64,000 nt of DNA, taken from contig NW_013657611.1 of the NCBI RefSeq assembly GCF_000142905.1, forward strand, positions 1 to 64,000, read 5' to 3'. This document shows, one piece after another, positions 1-10,465 of the stretch (positions are counted from its first letter, which is position 1; every line of letters begins with the position of its first letter). This DNA is from Thecamonas trahens ATCC 50062 (lineage: Eukaryota; Protista; Apusomonadida). Under the pieces are notes generated by a model, which worked only from the letters and a program-made list of their open reading frames with translations, was not told the DNA's origin and ran no database searches. A program made the translations under genes and the position numbers.

Positions 1-1886
1 TTATTCGTTATGCTTGATTTGTTCTGGACTTCCCTGTTTTCATCGACCTTGACTTCCACATCCACCATTGGACATTGCTTACTACACTATCTATTCTCAA
101 CTTTGTTGTCGTTTGTCGTGGTTAATAGTTGTGCATTCAATGTATTTTGTGTTGACCCTGAGGTGTCGTGGTCATGGTTGATCTGCAGATCTGATCGATC
201 AACCGCGTCTGACTCATCGACCTGAACGTCACCCGAGTTCATCCCATTGCCTGCTAGCTTTGTCCAGTCCCTGTTTGCTTACTCATATGTGTGTTGCGAA
301 TGCTATGCATGATCTTTGGTTGTTGTTGTGGACGTCATTGCCTCGTTTGATGCTGGTTCCGGCTTTTCTTCAATCAATTCAACGTTCAACTCAATTAACG
401 TCCGCCGCCTTCCCTCTGCCGGCCAAGTACCCGCCGCCCCTATCGCCCACACCGCACACACACCCATCAGCCGTATCATACTAACCTTCATCAATGCTGA
501 AGCCCAATCTCCATACCTACTACCATTTCGCCCGTCACGACCCCACGTCACGACCCCCCTCATCCCCCCCTACCATACTCATTACCACCCATCACCATCA
601 ACCACCACTCCCACCCCCTACTTCACCACCATCACTTCCATCCCAGCCACAGCCCCCACCCTCATTTCGTGGCCATGCCCACCACCATCCCATCGCGCAC
701 CCCTCTTCCTGGTCCTCCTCATCCTCCTCCTCTCCCCGCTCCATCTCACCCCCATCCCCATTCCCGACCCTGACACCCATACCCCTCAACCATCACAAGT
801 CATACTGCCGATCCTCCAACCAACAGCATTCTCAAACCACCCATCCCCGACCCAGCTCCCTCAGCTGTCCCCTCCTCGCCGACCACCAGCCGCCCAGCCG
901 TCGCCCGCTCGCCCGATCAGGCCGACCTTCATCACCACCTAGCTCCTTCCCACCATCAGCTACGCAACCCGCGTTCACGCTCAAGGTCATCACCCGCCGC
1001 ATACTATTACCAGTACAAATATCGCTGTCGTCCATACCCATCTACCTCGGCTCCCTTGCGCGTCGACTTGTTTGCCCTAGGTGGTTGAGCACGTCCTCGA
1101 CCGCCCGACCCCGCACACGACCCCCACCAACCTCATTGCAAGATATGGCCAATCTGATTTCACTACTACTCTACTACATACACACACTACCCCCTTGCAC
1201 AGTCTCCAATCTATAGCTGCAGTATTCCGGAATCCGAGTTCTGCCGGCTCAGGCCCAAGTTGTTGGCCCTGTGTCCCTTCGATGCTGCTGACACCCCTGC
1301 CCCGGGCTCATATCCGACCCCCACTCCCTACCATCTCCACCCACAACCATCACACCCACACCACACGTACGCACCATCCTTGCAAACATAGCCATCCACT
1401 TCACGTGCGCCGATTTTCACATCAGCCGACGCCAACCCGTTAACAGCATCGCTGCTGACCGCCTGCTGCTCGCCGCCGACCGCCGCCCGCCGCCGACCGA
1501 CCACCGCCGGCACCACCGAGAGCAAGCTAGCCATGCACAGGGCATTGGAGACGATGCATAGAGATAGCCACATCAATGGCAATGACTAACAGTTGGCCCT
1601 TCAACCCAATCCTCCCCTCCCTCCTCCGACCTTGCCCATCACAGTCCCCGACGGCCTGCTCATCGCCAGCCACCCCTGCTGCCGATCACCGAGCCAGACG
1701 ACGAGGCCTATGGACTGGCCAGGACGAGGAAGAACAAGAGAGGGCAAGTGCAAGCGGTTGGCAATGCAGTGGTGGGCTAGACTTGCAAGCTATGCCAATC
1801 TGATTTCACTACTTCCATATCATATGCAGACACTTCCCCCAGCTACGGTATCCCGGTATTGCTAGTCTGCACACATCCTAAAAGAA

Positions 1887-3059
1887 TCACCTTTCTACGA
1901 CGCTCGGGTCCACGCGATCATCAGCGGCTAGGAGTGCGACGACGTCGGCGTGGCCCTTCTCTGCTGCCCATCGAATGGCCAAGTTATCGTTGGCTGCGGG
2001 GTCGACACGCACATCCTTGAGCAGGACAGCAACTGTTGCAGCATTGCCCCTTCTTGCCGCCAGGCAAATAGCTGCGTTACTCGAGACGGCCGCCTCTAAA
2101 TGGCCACCGGACTGAATCAGTGCCACAACAGCGTCATGACCGCTTTCGCTGGCAAGCATGATGGGATCCCCGCCGCCAGCAGACGGGTTGACGCGTGGAT
2201 CGCTCAGCAGCAATGCCACAGTCTCGCCGTTGCCACACTGTGCCGCGAGCTGCAGCGGCTCGTTGCCACCCGCTGCAGGATCGACGCGCTCGTCCGCAAG
2301 CAGCTCTGCGACAGCAGCCGTATGCCCACCGCAGCACGCCGCATTCACGGCCTCATTGTCGCACGCGGATGGGTCCACACCGTCGACGCCTAGAAGTATC
2401 GCCACACACTCAGCATGTCCAGCCTCGGCAGCCCGCCGGATGGCGAGGTTGTCATCGGCAGAGCTATCGACCGCAGGCTCACGCACCAGCCGCTCGACAA
2501 CGTCGACGAGGCCCATGCCGGCGGCGACTTGCATCATGCACGTCTTCTCCTTGTCGTCCGCCACCTCGGCCAGCTCCATTGCCAGCTCACCAAGCGCTCT
2601 TCCGCCGCAAGCCACGATCGCGCCTACGCCCAGTTGCCTACAGGGCCATTGCCACTGGCTTCCCATGACCATATCACCCTCGCGGAATGCAGCTGTCACG
2701 CCTGTGCGTCCCATCGCCAGAGCCAGTGCCTTCCAGTCGTCGTCGCCGTAGTCCTGGGCCTCGAGCGCGGCTACCACCCGGTGGCTGGAACCACACGGCT
2801 GGGCGAGCCATGTTGCACGAGCATTCTCGGTCACCTGCGTCAACGCGAACAGTGCCCCCTTCCACAGCCGCAGCGCCACGCACCGGTTGAATCCCATCAG
2901 CGAGTGAGCGCGCGCCCGCGAGTGGCTGTCGCCGAGCAACGCGACATTCAGCCGCTTGCATGTCGTCGCCACCGCCACTGCGTCGCGCGCAGACAGCACG
3001 CCCAGGTTGTACACAAGGGTATGCAAGACTTCGGTACTAAGGTTGTCGAGTCTCGTCAT
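1887..3059 (-). CDS. F-box-like + ankyrin repeat protein
   Basis: N-terminal LDNLSTEVLHTLVYNL...DAVAVATTCKRL is F-box-like; about 6-7 C-terminal ankyrin repeats of the DPxAxDNxAIRxAAxxGHxxxVxxLL type. Confidence 0.8.
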   Translation of the reverse strand: MTRLDNLSTEVLHTLVYNLGVLSARDAVAVATTCKRLNVALLGDSHSRARAHSLMGFNRCVALRLWKGALFALTQVTENARATWLAQPCGSSHRVVAALEAQDYGDDDWKALALAMGRTGVTAAFREGDMVMGSQWQWPCRQLGVGAIVACGGRALGELAMELAEVADDKEKTCMMQVAAGMGLVDVVERLVREPAVDSSADDNLAIRRAAEAGHAECVAILLGVDGVDPSACDNEAVNAACCGGHTAAVAELLADERVDPAAGGNEPLQLAAQCGNGETVALLLSDPRVNPSAGGGDPIMLASESGHDAVVALIQSGGHLEAAVSSNAAICLAARRGNAATVAVLLKDVRVDPAANDNLAIRWAAEKGHADVVALLAADDRVDPSVVER

Positions 3060-3229
3060 GCTAGGTTGGAGCTAGGTGTTTCTTGTTGAACTTTGTTTAG
3101 CACGCATCAGCGACAGACCCGGCGTCGGCGACCCGGAGCACGTGCAAAACACATGCTGACCTCCACACTGCACATCGCTTGCACATTATCTGTCCACGTC
3201 TGCCACTGACACACTGCCAGCAAGCCGCA

Positions 3230-4291
3230 TCAGCGCGGCCCGCCGTGCTCATCGAGGAGATCAACTTCGAGGGCTCCCGCTCCCGCGCCGGCACCCACGC
3301 CCACAGCATCGGCAGCGGACGAGGCGGGCTCGCTAGCTGCAGGAAACACGGTCTGCCACAGCGGGCGGAGAAAGAGCATGGCCGGGGTGAGGACGCCAAG
3401 TCGCTGATGGAGAACAAAGAGAACCGAGGCGCAAAAGACGAGAAAGGCAAGCGAGATCAGCAACCTATCTGTCGACGCCCGCTCGGTGATCCGTCGCGTC
3501 GAAGCAAACGCCTCATCAACTCCAGCATCATACTGCGAGTACACGTTGCCAACGTCGGCAATGGTCCCGGACGACGATGCAAGCAGGTCCAACGCGTTGG
3601 CTCCGCGCTCCAGCGACGACGCCATCAGCTGGCGCGTCCGTAGCATGCCTGCATTGATGGAGCGGACGCTACGAGCAACCGCGGCACGATCCTTGCGCCG
3701 CTTCTTGGCCTCATTTTCGTCTCTATCTCTATCGCTGTATCCAAGGAGCTCGTTGCGCGCCGCCACCAATCCGCGCTCGTGCCCCGCCGCAGCCGCCACA
3801 CGCGCTGCACGCAGCATCGACTTGAGCCGCACGATCTCCTGTCGGTGTGTCCGGAGCATCTCCAGCTCGCCGCCAGCACTCACATTATCCCCCTCCGTCG
3901 CCGACCTTTTCTCGCTTGACTGGCTTGCGCTTGCCGCAGCCGTCAGCGAGTCTGCGAGCTTGGAGAACGTGCCTCGGGCCGAGTCCTGGGCCGCCATTGT
4001 TGCCCGCATCCGCAGGACCTCGACCTCGACCATCTCCTCCAGCACCTGCAGCTCCTTCTGAATGATCTTCATCCGCCGCGCCACCTCTGCTGGTCCCGCA
4101 CCCGATGCATGGAGCTTGGCCACGGCTTCGGAGACCCTCAACTCGCGCTCGACCAGTTGCGCATGGCTCGCACGCCCACCACCACCACCACCACCACCAC
4201 CACCACCACCACCACCACCACTACTACTACCACCATTACGGCCACCACCACCATCACCACTAATCCCATGCCCACCACAATGTCTGTTCAT
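3230..4291 (-). CDS. SEC20: Sec20/BNIP1-like ER SNARE (5' end uncertain, next to an assembly gap)
   Basis: Coiled coil RTRQLMASSLERGANALDLLASSSGTI...RRITERASTDRLLISLAFLVFCASVLFVLHQRL matches the Sec20 domain plus TM anchor; first ATG after the gap is at 4291. Confidence 0.7.
   Translation of the reverse strand: MNRHCGGHGISGDGGGGRNGGSSSGGGGGGGGGGGGGGGRASHAQLVERELRVSEAVAKLHASGAGPAEVARRMKIIQKELQVLEEMVEVEVLRMRATMAAQDSARGTFSKLADSLTAAASASQSSEKRSATEGDNVSAGGELEMLRTHRQEIVRLKSMLRAARVAAAAGHERGLVAARNELLGYSDRDRDENEAKKRRKDRAAVARSVRSINAGMLRTRQLMASSLERGANALDLLASSSGTIADVGNVYSQYDAGVDEAFASTRRITERASTDRLLISLAFLVFCASVLFVLHQRLGVLTPAMLFLRPLWQTVFPAASEPASSAADAVGVGAGAGAGALEVDLLDEHGGPR
4177..4260. repeat. (CCA)n/(CTA)n trinucleotide tract (poly-Gly/Ser on the - strand)
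   Basis: Directly visible. Confidence 0.9.
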
Positions 4292-4360
4292 ATCCACAAC
4301 ACCCTCCAATAAGCGTTTCAAGAGCCGTATCCCCCCCGCACCGACCCCCCCCCCCCCCCC

Positions 4361-4716
4361 NNNNNNNNNNNNNNNNNNNNNNNNNNNNNNNNNNNNNNNN
4401 NNNNNNNNNNNNNNNNNNNNNNNNNNNNNNNNNNNNNNNNNNNNNNNNNNNNNNNNNNNNNNNNNNNNNNNNNNNNNNNNNNNNNNNNNNNNNNNNNNNN
4501 NNNNNNNNNNNNNNNNNNNNNNNNNNNNNNNNNNNNNNNNNNNNNNNNNNNNNNNNNNNNNNNNNNNNNNNNNNNNNNNNNNNNNNNNNNNNNNNNNNNN
4601 NNNNNNNNNNNNNNNNNNNNNNNNNNNNNNNNNNNNNNNNNNNNNNNNNNNNNNNNNNNNNNNNNNNNNNNNNNNNNNNNNNNNNNNNNNNNNNNNNNNN
4701 NNNNNNNNNNNNNNNN
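4361..4716. other. Assembly gap (N run) flanked by poly-C
   Basis: N characters. Confidence 1.
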
Positions 4717-4798
4717 CCCCCCTTACGCCTTTCCCGCCCGACCTGCTTGGCCTTTTCCGCTTTCCCGCCGAACCTTGTCTCCACCCCACACCCAACCA

Positions 4799-4837
<39 letters not shown>

Positions 4838-4846
4838 ACCACCACC
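4799..4846. repeat. (CA)n + (CCA)n microsatellite immediately before the IFT144 ATG
   Basis: Directly visible. Confidence 0.95.
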
Positions 4847-7800
4847 ATGCAGCGCGTGTGGTCCCTCACGGCAGCCGACCATGGTGTAGGTGCTGTTCAC
4901 GCTGTGTGGTCTCGCAATGCAGCTATGGTGGCCTCGGCAGGCCCCAACTCGTCGGTGTACGTGACCGACCGGCACGGCTCGCGCCTCGGCGCCTTCCACG
5001 TCTCGGGCGCGGTGGTGGCCATGGCCTTTGACGCCGACTCGGAGACGCTAGCGGTCATTTCCGACGGCTCGCGAGCTATCAAGTTCTGGAACTCGAACAC
5101 CCGCTCCACTTCGGAGCTGGAGACCAAGATGAAGGGCCTATCGTTCATGACTTGGGCCGCTGCGGGTGCTCTCCTTGCCGTCGGCACCGTCAAGGGCAAC
5201 CTGCTGCTTGTCGACCGCATCAAGGGCCGCCTCGTCCCTATTGTCGGCAAGCACACCAAGACCATCACCCACGGCGCGTGGTCGACTGACGGTGTCCTTG
5301 CTCTCGCTGCCGAGGACCGCCAGGTCACCATCTCGTCGCCGCGCGGCGACACGGTCGACTCGATGATGTTCAAGTCGCCGCCGCGCCTCCTTGCCTTTGG
5401 CGCCCGCAAGGCCGGTACCGGGTCGGCCTCGGCATCAGCTGCCACAGCCCTCTCCACCCAGCCGACACTCTCGCTCGTCATCTCGGACGCCGTCGTTGTC
5501 CTGCAGGACGTCGAGCTCCATGCCGGCGCCGTCGGAACACCGACAGAGCTCACCTTTTCGTCGGCATACGGCCCCATCGCCGCCTACGCCTGGCTCGCCG
5601 ACGGCTACCTCGGTGTCGGTTTTGAGCGCGGCCACTTTGTGGTTGTCTCCACTCATGCCAACGAGCGCGACTCGGAGGTCTTCTCCGAACAGCTTCACTC
5701 GTCGTCGCTTGTCGACGTGGCGTACTGCGAGGCGACTCGCGAGGTGGCCACCGCCGGCGACGACGCCATCGTTGTCATTTCTCTCGCCTCATGGTCGGTC
5801 ACGCATACCATCTCGCTGCCAGAGCTCACAGGCTGTCTCCGCTCGCTGTCGTGGGCGCCCAACGGCCAGCTCCTCACCGTTGCCACCAACCGTGGCGACG
5901 TCATCACCCACTTGACGCAGGTCCCGGTCATCGGCGCCGCCCATGGGACGCTGCTGGCCTCGCTAGCTTCGCTCCGCGAAATCGCGCTCATCCAGACGCA
6001 CAAAGAGTCTGGCCTGCCCACGCCCGTCGCCCGTGCTTCCGACCTCCCGCCGGACGCGCTCTTTCTGCCGGGCCCGCGCCTCGCTGTAGACCACGAGCCG
6101 GCGCTCCTTGCCCTCGGCCCACGCCACCTTGCCGCTGGCTCGAACAACACGCTGCGCTACTACGACTGGGCGGCCTCGCCGCCGGCTTTGGTCATGGAGC
6201 GCGACTACGTGACCACCATCGAGCGGGTGGTGCTCAACGCATCGCACGCCGCAGTCCTTGCTGGCCGGCGCATCTCCATCCACTCGCTACTCTCGCCGAA
6301 CGCGCCGGTTCTCTCCATTCCGGAGCGTGGCGATGCCAATGTCACGTGTGTGGCGCTCTCTGAGCAGTTCCTTGCCTACGGCACTGCCGACGGCGGCATC
6401 CACGTCGCCTTGCTCGGCGCCGATGGCGTGCCGGCGTCGGTAGCCCAGTACGCGCTGCCGGCGGGCGTCACCGCGCTCTACCCCAACGCTAACGGGACGC
6501 GCATATTTGTCCGCGACGACTCGGGTGCAGGCCATGTGTACAACCCGGTCAACGATGCGCTTGTTCCAGTCCCGCACCTCCCGCGAGTGCTCAGCGGTGT
6601 GCTGTGGGACCAGAATGTCCTTGATGACCTTGACGCCGTTCAGGACTGGGGCGTCTTTGTGGCGTACGATGCTGACATCGCCATAACCTATGCTTACTTT
6701 CCACTCACCGTTCAGGGCGCGACGGTCGAAAAGGTGGCTGTCACCCACTTGCCGCGTGGCCACGTTCCAATGCTCCTCCGCTCCGGCTCGCTCGTCACGC
6801 TCTCGGCGTCCGGCACGCCTGCGCACGTTGTCCTCGCCTCGCACAACGCGCTCGGCGCCGACGCCGCTCCGCTCGAGGCCTTTGAGCAGAACCTTGCGCT
6901 CGGCCGGCTGTCGGCGGCCTGGCGCGCTGCGGTTGCGCTCGACAACGTCGAGGTGTGGAACGAGCTCGGCTCGGTGGCGCTCGCTCAGCTCGATGTCGAG
7001 CTCGCTACCCAGGCCTACCGCCAGATCGGCGACGCCGGCATGGTGCTGTCGCTCGAGGGCCTGGCCGATCTGGAGGACCGCTCGCTGCTCGCCGGCTACG
7101 TCGCCATGTTTTTGGTGACTATGACCGCGCGCAAACGCTCTTTCTCGCCTCGACCAAGCCCAAGGTTGCTCTCGACATGCGGCGCGACCTGCTTCACTGG
7201 GATGCTGCGCTCCAGCTCGCCACCACGCTCGCGCCCAACGCGCTGCCGGGCATCTGCAAAGAATACGCGCAGCAGCTCGAGTTCAACGGCGAGTACGAGG
7301 CTGCGCTCAACATGTTTACCCGCGCCGCGCCTGGCCCGCCGCCGTCCGGCACCGAGCCAGGCGCACACACTTCAGCCTGCGAGGCCGGCATGGCCCGGTG
7401 CACGCTGCGGCTCGGCGACCTTTCGCGTGGCCTCCAGCTTGTGCTCGGCTCCAACTCGCCGGCGCTCTGCCGCGACGCCGGCGCCATTCTCGAGTCGATG
7501 AAGCAGTACTCGGATGCGGCGGTGGCGTACGAGGCCGGCAAGGTGTACGACAAGGCCGTCGCCATGTACCTAGTCACCAAGTCGTTCGACGCTGCTGGCA
7601 AGCTCATGGAGCATGTCAAGAACCCACAGCTCCACCTCAAGTACGGCAAGGCCATGGAGGCGCTCGGCAAGTTCAAGAAGGCCGAGGCCGCGTACGAGGC
7701 CGCCCGCGACTGGGTCGGCGTCATCCGGGTCAACCTCGACAAGCTCGACAACCCATCCAAGGTCCTGGCCCTCGTCCGCTCGACCAAGTCGGCCGAGGGT

Positions 7801-8967
7801 GCCATGCTTGTGGCCGAGCACTGTCGCAAGGTCGGCGACTACGCGTCCGCCATCGAGTTCCTCCTCCTCGCCGACTGCCGCGAGGAGGCGTACAACCTCG
7901 CCGACCGCGAGGGCCAGATGGACACGTACGCGTCGCTCATCGGCAACTCGGGCACCCGTGACGAGTATGCGGCCGTCGCCAAGTTTTACACCGCCGTCGG
8001 TGACTCATTCCGCGCCGGCCAGTTCTTTGCCCGCGCCGACGATGCCCGCGCCGCCGTTCGCTCGTACCTCGCTGCCAACACCGAGGAGGCGCTGCTGGAG
8101 GTCATCAACTATGTCGGCAAGCTCCGCGACGACGTTCTCATTCATCTCGTCATCGACGACCTCTCCGGAGCGTCGGGCGGCGAGCCGAAAGACCCCAAGT
8201 ACATCTACTGGCTGTACTCGGCGCTGGGCAACTTTGACAAGGTCGCCGATGTTGCCGTCCGCATTGCCGCCAACGAGCAGGAACTCGGTAACTACCGCGA
8301 GGCGCACCTCATTCTCCACGACGCCGCCACGCTGCTGCGCTCCAAGGACATTTCTGTCCCGCACCCACTCGCCCGCGCTCTCATGCTTGTCCACTCGTAC
8401 TTGCTCGTCAAGTCACTGGCCAAGATCGACTCGTCGCGGGTCCTCGGCGCCCGGATGCTCGTCCGCGTCGCCGCGAGCATCTCCAAGTTCCCGGCCCACG
8501 TCGTCCCCATCCTCACCTCAACCGTCCTCGAGTGCTACAAGTCAGGCCTCAAGCGGAGCGCGTTCGAGTACGCCACCATGCTCATGCGGCCCGAGTACCG
8601 CACCAAGCTCAACGACAAGTACCGCAAGCGCATCGAGGCCATCGTGAGGCGGCCAGACAAGTCCGAGCCGCCCGAGGAGACCTCGCCGTGCGGAGTTTGC
8701 GACGCGCCGCTCGCCAACTCAGATCTCGACTGTCCGTCGTGCCGGTCGGCGCTCCCGTTCTGCGTCATGACCGGGACCCACATCGTCCGTGAAGGCTTGT
8801 GTCTCTGTCCGCACTGCGCCTTTGGTGCCCACAAGTCGATTGTCGCCAAGGGCCTTGTCGCCAATGGCGGCGCCTGCCCAATGTGCGGCAACACGTCCGA
8901 GCCGTCCGAGTGGCAAGTCCTCAAGATGGAGGAAGCCCGAAGCTGGGTGCAGGAGTGGGTGCAGTAG
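4847..8967 (+). CDS. WDR19: WD repeat protein 19 / intraflagellar transport 144 (one frame break at ~7109-7113)
   Basis: WD40 N-terminus (LAVGTVKGNLLL...PIVGKHTKTIT), TPR region (DVELATQAYRQIGDAGMVLSLE; ALDMRRDLLHWDAALQLA; ARMLVRVAASISKFPAHVVPILTSTVLEC), C-terminal Cys finger; the two ORFs join at AMF/GDYDRAQ. Confidence 0.95.
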
Positions 8968-9019
8968 TGCGAGGGCTAAAGGCTGTGGAGGCGTATGTAT
9001 GGTCCGAGACTGGCGGCGG

Positions 9020-10096
9020 CTACAGCGGGATTTCGGTCTCGGTCAGCACGAGGCCAAGCACCTTTTCCTCGGCGGCGGTCGACGCGCCCGAGCCGACCAT
9101 CGACTGCAGCGTCTTGGTCATGGCCGGGCTTCGCTTAGCCTCCTCGATGAGCTGCAGCATAGCCAGCCGACCGTTGAGGTAGCGGATCGTGGCGAGCGAG
9201 TCCGGGTTATCAGCGAGGTCCTGCGGAAGGAAGCTCCAGTCGCGGACGACGTCGATGGTGTAGTGTGCAAACGGCGCCCAGCTGGAGGCCGACTCGACGA
9301 GCGCGCGTGCGTATGCCGAGTCGAGCGTGGCGTACCACGCACCGAGCGCGCCCGCAATCCGGTCCATGCCGCGCCGCATCATAAACTGCGTCACCTCGCC
9401 GTGCTCCTTGTGCCCGTCGATCGTCCTCGCGCGGATCGAGGTCACCACCGACGGCGCGTAGGATCCGGGCTCCTGCGCAGCGAGCAGCGCGGCGCCTGCC
9501 TCTTCCGAGAGGTCAACTCCAAGCGGCCACCCCGCGATCGGGGCAATGGCCCGACTCTCGACGTGGTCCAGGACGCCCATGGCGGCAGCGGCCACCTTGC
9601 TCTCGTCCGACTCGGCCTCGGCCGCGATGCCCAGCGCCTGGTACCGCTCCTTGAGCAGCGGCAGCATCATGCCTAGCACCTCGTTGGCCCCGGCTTGTGC
9701 CAGCGCGTTGAGCAGGTAGTCAACGCCAAGGAGCGAGACACCGACGTCGCCCTCCATCAGCGCGATGACCTGGTCGAGCGTCTGCTGCGGAGGGAGCGGG
9801 CGCCACGACTCGGCCACGTAGCCAAACACCATACCGGCCACCATCTCGTGCTCGGGCGACTCGTTCGTCCACGTCGCAGTCACAATCTCCGGGCCCAGCT
9901 CCTCCATCGCCGTCGCCAGCTCGCCGGCGTACTGCTTGTCCTCGGCCTCCTTTGCGCTCCGCGCCGCCGTCATCCATGCGATTGCCGGCTGCGGCGCCTC
10001 CTTCACCGCACTCACCAGAGCATCCACCTGGCTGCTTGCCCACCGACCATGCGCCATACCCAGCACTCTGCCCAATCCGCCAGTCAGTCGCAGCAT
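9020..10096 (-). CDS. Hypothetical protein, possible mitochondrial presequence
   Basis: 358-aa ORF with GC3-rich codons; Arg-rich, acid-free N-terminus MLRLTGGLGRVLGMAHGRWASS. Confidence 0.65.
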   Translation of the reverse strand: MLRLTGGLGRVLGMAHGRWASSQVDALVSAVKEAPQPAIAWMTAARSAKEAEDKQYAGELATAMEELGPEIVTATWTNESPEHEMVAGMVFGYVAESWRPLPPQQTLDQVIALMEGDVGVSLLGVDYLLNALAQAGANEVLGMMLPLLKERYQALGIAAEAESDESKVAAAAMGVLDHVESRAIAPIAGWPLGVDLSEEAGAALLAAQEPGSYAPSVVTSIRARTIDGHKEHGEVTQFMMRRGMDRIAGALGAWYATLDSAYARALVESASSWAPFAHYTIDVVRDWSFLPQDLADNPDSLATIRYLNGRLAMLQLIEEAKRSPAMTKTLQSMVGSGASTAAEEKVLGLVLTETEIPL

Positions 10097-10465
10097 TCTC
10101 TACCGTCTTGCGTTGAGTGTGGCCAAGTTGACCAGTGAGTCGGTCTGCCAAATCGACCAATTGCCCGATCAACAACTCGATTGTCGCGTCGTCATGGCAC
10201 GCCAAGACAAAGCCTCCCCCCCCCCCCCCCCGACCGCCACGCCTAATCGTCACGCCAAGTCTACCATGCCAAGCCAGCCAGGACCTTCCGCTGCGCCCTG
10301 CCCACCTTGCCATATCGCCCGATCATCAAATCCCATCCCCGATGCCCCCCCCCCCCCCCTTATCGGCCCTGACCCAGCCCCTGATCAGTCCTTGACCAGT
10401 GCGCCATCCATCCATCTCCACAACCACAGCTCGCACTCGACTCGCGTGGCTGAGTAACAGAGGCC

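Noticed and set aside
560-1880. Pro/Ser-rich ORFs as genes or an intact transposon
   Set aside because: C-rich low-complexity sequence, with no transposase/RT motifs, TIRs or TSDs recognised
7100-7120. Canonical X XXY YYZ slippery heptamers at the frame breaks
   Set aside because: No site shows a clear canonical heptamer or shared motif, which weakens classical -1 frameshifting
4847-8967. IFT144 and the other broken genes as pseudogenes
   Set aside because: Isolated single-base defects; both halves keep conserved motifs and have no additional stops
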